This document shows positions 36,811 through 46,724 of a stretch of 64,000 nt of DNA, piece by piece. Location of the stretch: assembly GCA_965223275.1 (NCBI GenBank), contig OZ244992.1, positions 2,993,134 to 3,057,133 of the forward strand, written 5' to 3'. The notes beneath the pieces are model-generated. The model saw nothing but the letters and a program-made list of their open reading frames with translations, searched no databases and was not told where the DNA came from. Numbering within the stretch: position 1 is the stretch's first letter; every line of letters begins with the position of its first letter. The position numbers and the translations under genes were made by a program. Origin of the DNA: Nitrospirales bacterium. GTDB lineage: Bacteria > Nitrospirota > Nitrospiria > Nitrospirales > UBA8639.

Positions 36811-39252
36811 TTATTGCCAAGCCGAAGTCCGTTGCCCCTCAGAATCTTCCCAGTACGGTACCCACCCTAACCCAACGACTTGGGGTGAGATATTGGATTT
36901 TTTGGGGCGGATTTTGATGGCCTCTAGGCTTTCTTTCTGAGCATCATATTGAAGGGCGATGTTCTCGATTTCTTCATTCAGCTCACTCTCTAATTCGCGT
37001 AATTGTTCTTGGAGGGCATCGACGTTTTCTTCCGCGCGTTGAATGTCCTGGCTTTCTTTTCGTGAACGGCTTATTCCTCGAATGGCCGAAGTCGCCTTGC
37101 CCATGGACGAACGGCTCACGGCTTTCCGCCCTAACACCGCAGAGAGGATCGTGGCTCCGATGGAAATTGCCGTCTGGAATTTTTGTTGCGTAGCTTGTTC
37201 TTCTTCCCGTTCAACGGCTTGTTGGGCTCGACGGATGCGGTCCTCTAGCCGGGTCGCCTTGGTTGCATATTTTTTCCGGAGTTTTTCGGTTGCCTCATCC
37301 CGCTTTTCCCTGGCTAGTTGTTGGAGTCGTAATCGAAAATCCCGTTCACTCTCTCCAGCTTGAGATATGGTTTTAAAGGTGGGACTCTTCCAGAGTTCGA
37401 GGGTATGGTGACGATATACCCAAGTGATGAATTCTTTTTGCCAGGTTTTATAATGCTTGGCTTGGTTGGCAACGGTTGGGAGGGTGGAAAAGGTCGCATC
37501 TTCCTCTGGCTCTGTTTCAAGGTCATCGGGTGCAAGGTCACAGGAAATGGGTTCTTCCCAGTCAATAGAGGTGGGACCATCGGAGATGGAGGCAAAAAGT
37601 GAAAGTTCTCGAGATTCATCGAGCTTTCTCCGCCCATCGATAAAATGGACCGATGCGGTGCACAAAAGCATCGGCATATACACTAAGGTCGCACCTTCCG
37701 GTCGGGTTATTCGAATGGGAATGTAATATTGAAAAATATTCGGAGAAAGAATAGGTGGGGAGGTTTGGGCCGAGGAAGAAATGTTTCCCAAATTTTTAGG
37801 AGAAGGTGTCGGCCCTCCTTCAGGCGACTTTTGTTGTTCTTTAAAAGGATCCATCAAAGTCTTAATCTGATTGCGGGTCAGGGGGCCTCGGAGATAGGAC
37901 ATGACCCATCGCGTCTCAAACACTTCAGGACCATCTTCGTGGACGTTATTCAACAAAAACTTGCGGCTTCCCAGCCCCGAGAGGATAGATTCTATCGTTC
38001 GCCGGTCATAGCCCCCTTTTGACTGGGCCGCAGCCCCTTCCAGCCCATCCAGTACCCGGGTCATATCTCGCTCCGTTTGAAGCCTTCCGATAAACCAGGT
38101 CCCCGTGTTTCCGAGCCCCTTATAATCCAAATCCACAGGGTTCTGGGTCGCCAGTACGACTCCCAGTCCGAAGGCTCTTGCCTGCTTCAAGAGCGATAAC
38201 ATAGGAGCCTTCGAAGGAGGGTTTTTGACCGGAGGGAAGAACCCGAATACCTCATCCATGTACAACAAGGCTCTTAGGCTCGTCGTGCCGGATTGGGTTC
38301 GCATCCAACTCACGGTTTGATTGAGCAACAAACTGACAAAAAACATGCGTTCGGCATCGCTGAGGTGGGCGATAGAGAAGATCGCCATTCGTGGTTTGCC
38401 GGAGGGGGTGTACAGAATCTGATTCAAGTCCAAAGGCTGGCCTTCCAACCACACGGAAAAGCCCGGTGCTCCCAACAAATTATTGAATCGCATGGCTAAT
38501 GCGAATCGGTCTTTTGCGGGAAAGACCGATTCCAGATCCATGACGCCCAATTTGGTGAATGGCGGCTTCTGGATGTGCTGGATTAATTTCGGGAGGGACA
38601 AGTCTTTCCCGGCCTTCCAGGCTGATTCCAATACGTTGGCCAAGAGGATATGTTCCTGGCTTTGAAGCGGATCTGCCTCGATGCCGACCAAATTCAACAA
38701 GCTCGTGGCCATCGTGCTGACCCGTTCGCTGAGGAGTTCCGGGTCATCGATTAGGGCTTGTGGAGGCGCAGAAAACGATTGGAGAATGGACACGGGTAAA
38801 CCCGCTGTGCTTCCGGGGGTGTAGACCAGGCATTCCGCCGAGTCTCGAAGTCGGGCAATGCGTTTTCCGTCCTGTTCCCAAGATGCCAAACCCGATTTCC
38901 ACTTCTCGGCCTCCCGATCGGCATAGGCCTCAGGAGTCATCTCCTTTTTGGCAGCTTCTTCCGTGTTAATCCAGGGTAAAAAGTCCTTTCCCCGTAATTC
39001 AGGAAAGGTGAGGAGGAGGTTCGCGATATCTCCCTTAGGGTCGATGATAATGGCCGGAACAGAATCGATGGCGGCTTCTTCCAGCAATCCGATGCAGAGG
39101 CCGGTTTTTCCGCTCCCCGTCATGCCCACGCAGACCGCGTGGGTCACCAAATCTTTGGAATCATACAGCAAGAGGCCCGGTTTGGAAGATTTCTTGGCCA
39201 AATCGTAGGGCCGGCCCAAATAGAATTCCCCGAGTTTTTCAAAGTCCGCCAT
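36811..39252 (-). CDS. HerA/FtsK-like P-loop ATPase with C-terminal coiled coil
   Basis: Walker A GMTGSGKT; Walker B LLYMDE; RAFGLGVVLATQNP. Confidence 0.85.
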   Translation of the reverse strand: MADFEKLGEFYLGRPYDLAKKSSKPGLLLYDSKDLVTHAVCVGMTGSGKTGLCIGLLEEAAIDSVPAIIIDPKGDIANLLLTFPELRGKDFLPWINTEEAAKKEMTPEAYADREAEKWKSGLASWEQDGKRIARLRDSAECLVYTPGSTAGLPVSILQSFSAPPQALIDDPELLSERVSTMATSLLNLVGIEADPLQSQEHILLANVLESAWKAGKDLSLPKLIQHIQKPPFTKLGVMDLESVFPAKDRFALAMRFNNLLGAPGFSVWLEGQPLDLNQILYTPSGKPRMAIFSIAHLSDAERMFFVSLLLNQTVSWMRTQSGTTSLRALLYMDEVFGFFPPVKNPPSKAPMLSLLKQARAFGLGVVLATQNPVDLDYKGLGNTGTWFIGRLQTERDMTRVLDGLEGAAAQSKGGYDRRTIESILSGLGSRKFLLNNVHEDGPEVFETRWVMSYLRGPLTRNQIKTLMDPFKEQQKSPEGGPTPSPKNLGNISSSAQTSPPILSPNIFQYYIPIRITRPEGATLVYMPMLLCTASVHFIDGRRKLDESRELSLFASISDGPTSIDWEEPISCDLAPDDLETEPEEDATFSTLPTVANQAKHYKTWQKEFITWVYRHHTLELWKSPTFKTISQAGESERDFRLRLQQLAREKRDEATEKLRKKYATKATRLEDRIRRAQQAVEREEEQATQQKFQTAISIGATILSAVLGRKAVSRSSMGKATSAIRGISRSRKESQDIQRAEENVDALQEQLRELESELNEEIENIALQYDAQKESLEAIKIRPKKSNISPQVVGLGWVPYWEDSEGQRTSAWQ

Positions 39253-39383
39253 TGTGTGCCGCTCCTTAAAAGTTTCCTGAGGAAATGGAGCCTAGACGAT
39301 ACCAAATACGTCTGGAACGTTGCATCATCAGGACCGGGAAATGGAGTGAGGGAAATGTGTAGGCTGGAAGAAATGGTGCAGGG

Positions 39384-40157
39384 ATGGGTATGATTGAAGG
39401 CAACACGCCTAATGAAAACAGGCAATTGCTAAATCCTATGGTCCAAATTCACATTATGATAATGCTCACAGTAGTTGCAGGAATATTTACTGAAGGGCAA
39501 GCTGCCGGACCTCCTTCAAGTGATCGCTCTCGCGCGGCTATTCAGCGGGTTCAACCTTCTTTGGAACAGGCTTTTCAGGCAAGCGGCCTCACATGGGGAG
39601 CTCCTATTTTTATCCGGATTTTTAAGGAATCCGCGGAGCTCGAAGTCTGGGTGGAACATGAGGGGCGATTCAGGCTGTTTAAGACGTATCCGATTTGTAC
39701 GTTCTCGGGGGAGTTAGGTCCTAAACTCCAACAGGGTGACGAGCAAAGCCCCGAAGGGTTTTACTTTGTGACTCCGGGTCGAATGAATCCCTATAGCCAA
39801 TTTCACCTTTCGTTTAATCTTGGGTATCCGAATGCGTTTGATCGTTATCACGGTCGAACGGGAAATTTTTTGATGGTTCACGGAGATTGTGTGTCCATCG
39901 GATGTTATGCCATGACTGATGCTGGAATTGAAGAAATTTACACCCTGGCCGATGCGGCCCTTCGTCAAGGCCAACCATACTTTCGTGTACATGTGTTTCC
40001 GTTCAGGATGTCCTCCGAAAATATGGCACAGCACGCTGATTCACCTTGGCAGGAATTTTGGCGAAATCTCAAAGAGGGCTATGACTTTTTTGAAGAATCC
40101 GGGAGTCCGCCTAACGTAGAAGTGCAGAGTGGTCAATACGTGTTTGAATCATCATAA
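39384..40157 (+). CDS. YafK/DpaA-like L,D-transpeptidase family protein
   Basis: GPK..QGD.QSPEGFY, FHLSFNLGYPN, LMVHGDCVSIGCYAMTD. Confidence 0.9.
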   Translation: MGMIEGNTPNENRQLLNPMVQIHIMIMLTVVAGIFTEGQAAGPPSSDRSRAAIQRVQPSLEQAFQASGLTWGAPIFIRIFKESAELEVWVEHEGRFRLFKTYPICTFSGELGPKLQQGDEQSPEGFYFVTPGRMNPYSQFHLSFNLGYPNAFDRYHGRTGNFLMVHGDCVSIGCYAMTDAGIEEIYTLADAALRQGQPYFRVHVFPFRMSSENMAQHADSPWQEFWRNLKEGYDFFEESGSPPNVEVQSGQYVFESS

Positions 40158-40405
40158 ATGAGCATTTCTACCTAGTACATCATGTCAGATTCAATTTCCT
40201 ATGCAATAAACAAGAAGATTCTGCTCTCTGTATTTACGCTCCGTAGTTTCAAGTACCTTATCCAGGTTCAAACGAAAGTCTCAGAAAACTTTTTTGGAAC
40301 TCATGAGAAAAGCGGAATCCTGTAGATTGGTTTGCTTCCCCGTCATGATGAAAAATGCTACGAACCAAATCAGGTCCCATGAAGATATTCCTGTTTGTGA
40401 AAGCG

Positions 40406-40447
40406 AAATTCTGTATCCAATCGGATAAATTCTGTATCCAATCGGAT
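40406..40447. repeat. Perfect tandem 21-bp repeat with internal dyad
   Basis: AAATTCTGTATCCAATCGGAT x2. Confidence 0.9.
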
Positions 40448-41261
40448 AATGTTTTTTTGTTTAGGAATGATTTTGGAATGTGAGGTATGTCACATTCTGT
40501 TGGCAGCCATTTGACCTTTATTGGATAAGAAGCAAAATTTTCAAGCGCAAAGTATCAGTATTTCCATGACTTCTGAAGGGAGATTGATTTACTCGGGTTG
40601 AGTAATGTGTGATATTTGTCGCAATTTTTACACTTAGCATTTTTTTTGCTTCCAATTTTGGAAGTACTGTTCTATTAACCGGCCTTTACCGCTTGTGGCT
40701 GAATGAAAGTCACTCCCCTCTAGAAGGTTTAGGCCTCCGGTTAAGACCAACCCCCTCCTTATTTCATTTCCCAGCGATGCTCGGTCAAGGTCTGTTCTGA
40801 CTACGACCCTCCAACGTCAAAATAATTAAACATTTCGGCTGACCGGAATGGGGAAGCAGAGACCGCCTCAATAGGCGTGTTTGGGTCTACTTTACCAAAC
40901 AGAAAGGAGGGAACCGTCCAATCGTGCGCTGGCGGTTGTCCCAATAGGGAGGCTTGTAGGTTCCGTTCTATTGAATGCTCAACCGTGGTTTCCCCGAAGG
41001 GAGCTTTGTGTCCATGGAAGGACCATCAGTGAAGAGAGACAAGGTCCAAAAGAAGGTGCGGAGGTACGAGAAAAGAAGTGTTTGATAAAACCCCCTTCCA
41101 TAAAAATTTTGAGAATCATGTCTCATCCCCCTTTTTGCCTCGTGGCTTTTTTACTTCATAACGTTGTTGATTCATCCAAGGTACTCTCCCAAGTTTCTAA
41201 TTTGGAAATCGTAGGAGAAACAGAAACATGGATGAGTACTAAAGGGAAGGAGAAAGGTACT

Positions 41262-42905
41262 ATGCATTCTTTATGTAAACAAATAGCAATCAGCGCAGCC
41301 TTTTGGGGTTGTATTGGATTTGTTGGAAGTGGGTCAGTGTTTGCGGGTGTGGACACCAATGGCTTATTTGAATTAGAGGGCAATGCGATTGAAGAGGCAG
41401 CTCCCGGAGATGATTGGGAAGTATTGGCTAGTGGAGGAGGGACCTCTTCTGCCTTTACCGGTATTCTAAACGATGCAGGCTTGCTGAGCATTTTTGATGG
41501 AGGGAAAAAAGATACTCAAGATATTGACCGGTGGTCTTGGCGTGCAGGTGGAGGTGGTGGTTTCCCAGATAAGAATGATATTACCAATTCATATTCCGCC
41601 TCTTATACGGATGCCAATGGTGATCTAATCATCTATTTTGGTGCTGACCGATTTACCAACGAAGGAAGCGCCGAATTAGGGTTTTGGTTCTTTGAAGGAA
41701 ACGTGGCTAGTCAGCCTGACGGTTCATTCACTGGTGTACATTCAGAAAACGACATTCTTATTTTGGCGAACTTTGGGGGAAATGGAACTCTCGAGTCCAT
41801 AGCTGCTTACCAATGGGATCCTTCACAAAAAGATAACCTTCGACTCTTATCGGGGAATGCAGGGCAATGTGGTGATGGTGGAGGAGACTATGATGTATGC
41901 GCTGTCTCGAATCTGGCTGAAAGTGAATCCCCTTGGGAATATGTGGGAAAAGGAGAAGTGGGAGATGGGCCATTTCCAATTGTGACCTTCTTCGAAGGTG
42001 GTATTAATGTTAGTAAACTTCTGGGTTCTGCCCCAGGCGAAACCCCCTGTTTTACAAGTTTCATGGCTACAACCCGTTCCTCCGATTCCTTGTCAGCCAC
42101 TTTGAAAGATTTTGTTGATGGTGAATTGGATGTCTGTTCGATAGATGGAGCTATTTCCTGTTTGACAGGAAGTATTACTTCTGATGAATCTGCATTTGAG
42201 TTTACCTATGACTTTGACATAGTGAATGATGGGGCGGGAACACTTTACGATGTCACTTATACAGTGTATGAGGTAAATGGAAATCCAGACGGTACAGATA
42301 AGGTGATTCTGACTGGTACCCTACCCAGTCCATTGCCGGGGAATACAACTGAAATGGTTGGGCCAGAATCCTTTGAAAGTTCGATGAGTCAACCGACAAT
42401 TCGGCTGGAAGTAGAAGCCGCTCCGAATACGGGGGAACCGAAAACCATCACTGCTGGATTCGATATTCCTCTTACCAGCCAGTGTCCGCCCCCTCCGGTT
42501 AATCCAGGATTGACGGTGAGTAAGCAATGCAGTACCAGCATCGTGATCGATCAATTCGGAACGCCAAATGATCCAAGTGATGATCGGGTCGTGGTGAAAG
42601 TTGACTTTGGCGGCCAAGTCTGTAACACCGGCGACATAGGATTGACAAATGTCACAGTAGTAGATGACAAAGCCGGTATTGTTGCTTCGGGTTTGGAACT
42701 GGCAAAAGACCCAGATGGGGCGGGATCCGAAATGGGGGAATGTATGGCCTATTCAGGGTCTTATTTCCCCGCTACCGTGAATGCCACGAATCCAACGCAG
42801 GCTTCATTTACCGACACGGTTGATGCGACTGGTATTGCCAATGTTACTGGCCAAACTGTAGAGGCTGAAATGCCAGCTTCTGCAACATGCTACCTATGTC
42901 AGTAA
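41262..42905 (+). CDS. Secreted acidic, beta-rich, Cys-containing protein (putative surface or matrix protein)
   Basis: GGAG RBS, signal peptide ending VFA-G, Asp/Gly/Thr-rich body, Ig-like C-terminal modules. Confidence 0.8.
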   Translation: MHSLCKQIAISAAFWGCIGFVGSGSVFAGVDTNGLFELEGNAIEEAAPGDDWEVLASGGGTSSAFTGILNDAGLLSIFDGGKKDTQDIDRWSWRAGGGGGFPDKNDITNSYSASYTDANGDLIIYFGADRFTNEGSAELGFWFFEGNVASQPDGSFTGVHSENDILILANFGGNGTLESIAAYQWDPSQKDNLRLLSGNAGQCGDGGGDYDVCAVSNLAESESPWEYVGKGEVGDGPFPIVTFFEGGINVSKLLGSAPGETPCFTSFMATTRSSDSLSATLKDFVDGELDVCSIDGAISCLTGSITSDESAFEFTYDFDIVNDGAGTLYDVTYTVYEVNGNPDGTDKVILTGTLPSPLPGNTTEMVGPESFESSMSQPTIRLEVEAAPNTGEPKTITAGFDIPLTSQCPPPPVNPGLTVSKQCSTSIVIDQFGTPNDPSDDRVVVKVDFGGQVCNTGDIGLTNVTVVDDKAGIVASGLELAKDPDGAGSEMGECMAYSGSYFPATVNATNPTQASFTDTVDATGIANVTGQTVEAEMPASATCYLCQ

Positions 42906-43022
42906 CAAGGTCTGTATTCCAACGCTGATATATGCTTGGATGGAGATGGGAATGGGCAGAAGCCCATTCCCATCTTTTTCGAAGTTTAGGTAGTTCAAGG
43001 GGTTCATTTTGAAAAAAAGACA

Positions 43023-45422
43023 TCATTTTTGTGGTTTTCCACCGCCTTTGCTACCACCGCCCTCAGAATCGCCTTTTGAAAATTTAACGGTCACGGTTCC
43101 AGTCGAAAGATATTCCCCATCGGTCACGGTGTAGTTGAATTTATCGCTCCGCTTTGCATCTGTATTAGCTAGAAAGGTTATTGTTCCATCGCTATTGATT
43201 GTGACTGTGCCTTGTTTCCCCTGAGTTGCAGTTACGATCTGCAATGTGCCGCCATCTGGATCACTATCATTGGCTAGTACATCCACCGTAACCGAATTCC
43301 CTGGCGAGACGTTCGCGGTGTCGTTGATAACCGATGGCGGAGAATTTTCCCCATCATCTGATATGACATAGGTAGCCACAGTGCTTCCTTCTTGACTTGG
43401 TGCCGCCTGGTTGAAGCCAGATACCGTAATATCGTAAAAGCCTTCTGGCTCGGAGGAAGGAGATGTGATGGAAAGTTGGATTGTCGTGGATTCGCCAGAA
43501 TTGAGTGTGACAGAAGTAGGTTGTAGACTAATAGTCCACTCTTCTAATTTTGTTGTGGAAAAAGAAAATCCTGTTAAGCCGCATTCGGCTTGATCCGTGT
43601 TAGTGACTGTGACCTGATAGGATACTGTACTTCCAGCCGTAACCCATTGTGATGTACTCGGATCTATAGATAACTCCGGTGCTGTTCGTGTGCAGGTTGG
43701 TGGAATGGCTTGAATTTCTATTTCAGCCTGCTCAGGAGTTATCGAATTAACGTGGATCGAGATCCCTTCTCGAGAATCGATAAATGTGGCTTCATTGTTC
43801 AGTATTGGGTCTCGCCAGTCAGGGAAGCCAAAGATACTAGTATATTCTGACTGCGGTTTCATATGGAGCAGTAGCGGGCTTAGCTTGCCTTCCCTTTTGA
43901 GAAGCACTTCAATTCCGTTGGTCACATCTTCCCGATATAAGCGATACGACCGATCAGACAAAAACGCATCAAGGCCTAGGGCTTGGCGGAATTCAAGGTA
44001 ATACCAAAGAGGATTACTTGAAATAGGATCGTAGCCCTTGAAAAGTCTAAGGGCTTTGGTTTCTGTGTTTGGAGTCTCGTATGGAGCAATGGAATATACT
44101 CCACCTTGTGTGGCTTCCTGAATTGTGGGGGATTGTCCAAAATTAAGCCATCCTAAGCGTTCTTTTTGAATTGCATTATAATGGCCAGCCTTGTCACCGC
44201 CCATCGTATCTACTGTGTCCTGGTACTCAATTTCAGTGCAAGAATCTCCCAATGTTTCTCCATGACAATCAAGAGCATTTGAATGATATAGCCCTAAGTT
44301 GTGTCCCATTTCGTGGGCGATGATTTCAAGCTTATACGTACCATCAAGGTAAGACCGGCTAGGAGTTCCTTCTACGGTGCCCATTCCTGCAGTATTGCAA
44401 GCGGAGGCCGTAGCAAAGAAATAGACAATTCGATCGTACGCGTTAACATCTATCCCGTCTGCAAGAGTAGCTTGATCGGTAGCTAAGCCTGCGTTGTAAA
44501 AGTTGCAGACATCTTTCGAAATTGGAATGGTATACCAACCATATGTGTCACCAGCCAGCCAGGTCTGCTGATAGGAATTTTCCATGAAAAAGGCGCTAAC
44601 GGTGTCGAACATTAAATCATGGACTTCTTCTCGTGTTTTTGGGATCGGGTTGGTGTCGTCGTAATATTGAGCTAGTAATACCAATGTTTTCTGTTCGCCA
44701 AAGGTATTTGGCAAGGGGGTCGAGTTGGTTTCGGCCGACCCCTGAGTCGTTTCCTCTCCTCCAGCGGCAAGTAGCAGTATATCTTGGTCTCCAGAATCGA
44801 TAGCTATCGCGCCGTCAGTCTTGCCGAGCATGCTTTGCCGTTGGCCTTTGATGGTCAATCCAGAGACTTTGACTTTCGTGCCCGTTAATAAATCTGGTGG
44901 ATTCTTTTTGAAATGTAGGCTCAACCGGTCTGTGGCCGTTTGAAGAAAGTATTTGGTCGGGCTCCCCTGTTCATCATGGATGCAGATGACTTCGACTGTT
45001 CCGGTTTGATCCTTAGTCAATTCCAATCGGGATAGGACAGAGTCTGAAATAATGGTGCGGGCCTTGTCTGGCAGTGACACTCTTAGGACGCCCTCCGGGT
45101 CTTCCTGAACCATATCTAACAGAAGTTGTCGGCGCTCGTCTGCGATAGCGAGGAGTGTTTGCAGGCGTTCCGCCCTGACGCGTGATGAGGAATTTTCCAT
45201 CGCACGACTGAGTCGAACGAGCTGGTGGGTCAATTGCTCTGCCCTTGCTTGCCACTGGGTATGAGACGATGGCGATGGTTGGGAATGAGCAAAGGTATTT
45301 GTGGTGAAAAGGATCATGATTGAAAAAAACATCCATCCTGACAGCTTTGGGTTAATTTTAGTCAAGAAACTTTGCCCTTTGGAACACAGGTAAATTGATG
45401 AACGTGTATCAGCCCTGTTCAT
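43023..45422 (-). CDS. Secreted zinc metallopeptidase (M11/M6-like) with C-terminal Ig-like and cadherin-like domains
   Basis: HEMGHNLGLYH with Met-turn DTMG; NSPPSVINDTA...DVLANDSDPDG...FNYTVTDG. Confidence 0.85.
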   Translation of the reverse strand: MNRADTRSSIYLCSKGQSFLTKINPKLSGWMFFSIMILFTTNTFAHSQPSPSSHTQWQARAEQLTHQLVRLSRAMENSSSRVRAERLQTLLAIADERRQLLLDMVQEDPEGVLRVSLPDKARTIISDSVLSRLELTKDQTGTVEVICIHDEQGSPTKYFLQTATDRLSLHFKKNPPDLLTGTKVKVSGLTIKGQRQSMLGKTDGAIAIDSGDQDILLLAAGGEETTQGSAETNSTPLPNTFGEQKTLVLLAQYYDDTNPIPKTREEVHDLMFDTVSAFFMENSYQQTWLAGDTYGWYTIPISKDVCNFYNAGLATDQATLADGIDVNAYDRIVYFFATASACNTAGMGTVEGTPSRSYLDGTYKLEIIAHEMGHNLGLYHSNALDCHGETLGDSCTEIEYQDTVDTMGGDKAGHYNAIQKERLGWLNFGQSPTIQEATQGGVYSIAPYETPNTETKALRLFKGYDPISSNPLWYYLEFRQALGLDAFLSDRSYRLYREDVTNGIEVLLKREGKLSPLLLHMKPQSEYTSIFGFPDWRDPILNNEATFIDSREGISIHVNSITPEQAEIEIQAIPPTCTRTAPELSIDPSTSQWVTAGSTVSYQVTVTNTDQAECGLTGFSFSTTKLEEWTISLQPTSVTLNSGESTTIQLSITSPSSEPEGFYDITVSGFNQAAPSQEGSTVATYVISDDGENSPPSVINDTANVSPGNSVTVDVLANDSDPDGGTLQIVTATQGKQGTVTINSDGTITFLANTDAKRSDKFNYTVTDGEYLSTGTVTVKFSKGDSEGGGSKGGGKPQK

Positions 45423-46046
45423 GAGGGATCTCCTTTTATTGGCTATTTTCGGAACGAAAGGTGAGAGGGGTTTGGATTAGCGATTCTTTGGCACCCCATT
45501 GCGATCTCCATGGGTTGGCAAAGAATGATGAAGTTCCGAATCGTGGCTAGAATTGTTCTGTGTTGTCTCTTCGGCGAGTTTTCTCGATTATTGAATGGAC
45601 GAATTCATCGAAACGTAACTGGGTGAAATCGGGGGAAACACAAAAAAAGAAACAAAGAGATTTGGGTGAAACTTTGTGAATATTTGGTGGGCAAGGAGGG
45701 AGAGGGGTCTCCGGTGCTTTTCAGAATGACACCAAATTAGCCAAATGCCGTCAGAGAAGGTTCTAAGGAGTGGATTGAAGGGAGAAAAAGGGGAGGGCCT
45801 CAATAATTATCTATCACCGATCCGTGTCGTATTACCTTCTGGATATAGTTGAAACAAGGAGGAGGGGAGTGCCTTCAGCCTGGAGTACTTCAACAGGAAT
45901 TCCGGCATCACTTGGACAGTATCAAAACCTTTTAAGTAAATAGTTTATTTGTCCTACTTATGGTACAAAAAACATATTTTTTGGAAAAATATGTTTCGGC
46001 CAAAATGGGGGATGGCTCAATTTTTGTCAAAAACGGGAGTGGAGAT

Positions 46047-46621
46047 TTAAAATCTAAATTGGAAGCCTCCCCCTAAAGAAAAATAGTTGATGTCCTTTAC
46101 GTCACCCGTGGGGCGAACGTAGGAAACTTCCAAATTAATCAACCAGTTTTCCGTAACATAGGTATCCAATCCGCCCCCAAATCGCATGGCAAAATCAGTA
46201 TCTTTGGCAATCTCAAACCCCAATATTTCGGCTTTGGCTCTCATAAATCCTGCTCCAAGCAGACCATAGGGTTGAAATCGGTCGGTGAGCGCAAAGAATT
46301 TTCCGTTTATCGTCCCCGTCCAGGTATTGATTTCCACGCCCGAAAATCCTTCCAGGTCGAACGCATCGACACGCTCTCCCATGGCTTCAATGGCGATATG
46401 CGGGATTATCCGATAGCCTAGCCGAAAGTTAAAACCTGGACCATTCTCCCAATCTAAGCCTTCCGTGTTGTCGAATGCTTCGATGGCATAAAGTCCGCCA
46501 ACTCCGAGATAAATCCCTGGTCTCGCAAGGTTGTCCCTCGTTGGGTTGGGTTCTTGAGCAAACGTTAATCCAATAGCACAAAGGCTGATTCCACAGGCCA
46601 GTAAAAAAAGGGTTTAGTCAT
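46047..46621 (-). pseudogene. Outer-membrane beta-barrel (OmpA-TM/porin-like) gene frameshifted in an A7 tract
   Basis: C-terminal LGGGFQFRF barrel signature; adding one base at 46603-46609 joins ATG 46621 and signal peptide MTKPFFLLACGISLCAIGLTFA to the barrel (191 aa). Confidence 0.8.
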
Positions 46622-46724
46622 TTTATGCCCCATAATTTTTTTTAGTTATATCATGCATTTTGGCCTCATCAATTGAGGTGTTGGATAGAGCAGGAACTTG
46701 GATTAAATTCCCGGTCCTAAATTT

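Noticed and set aside
40881-41261. 126-aa N-terminal extension of the ORF called 40881-42905
   Set aside because: RBS and signal peptide indicate a start at ATG 41262; the upstream part looks non-coding
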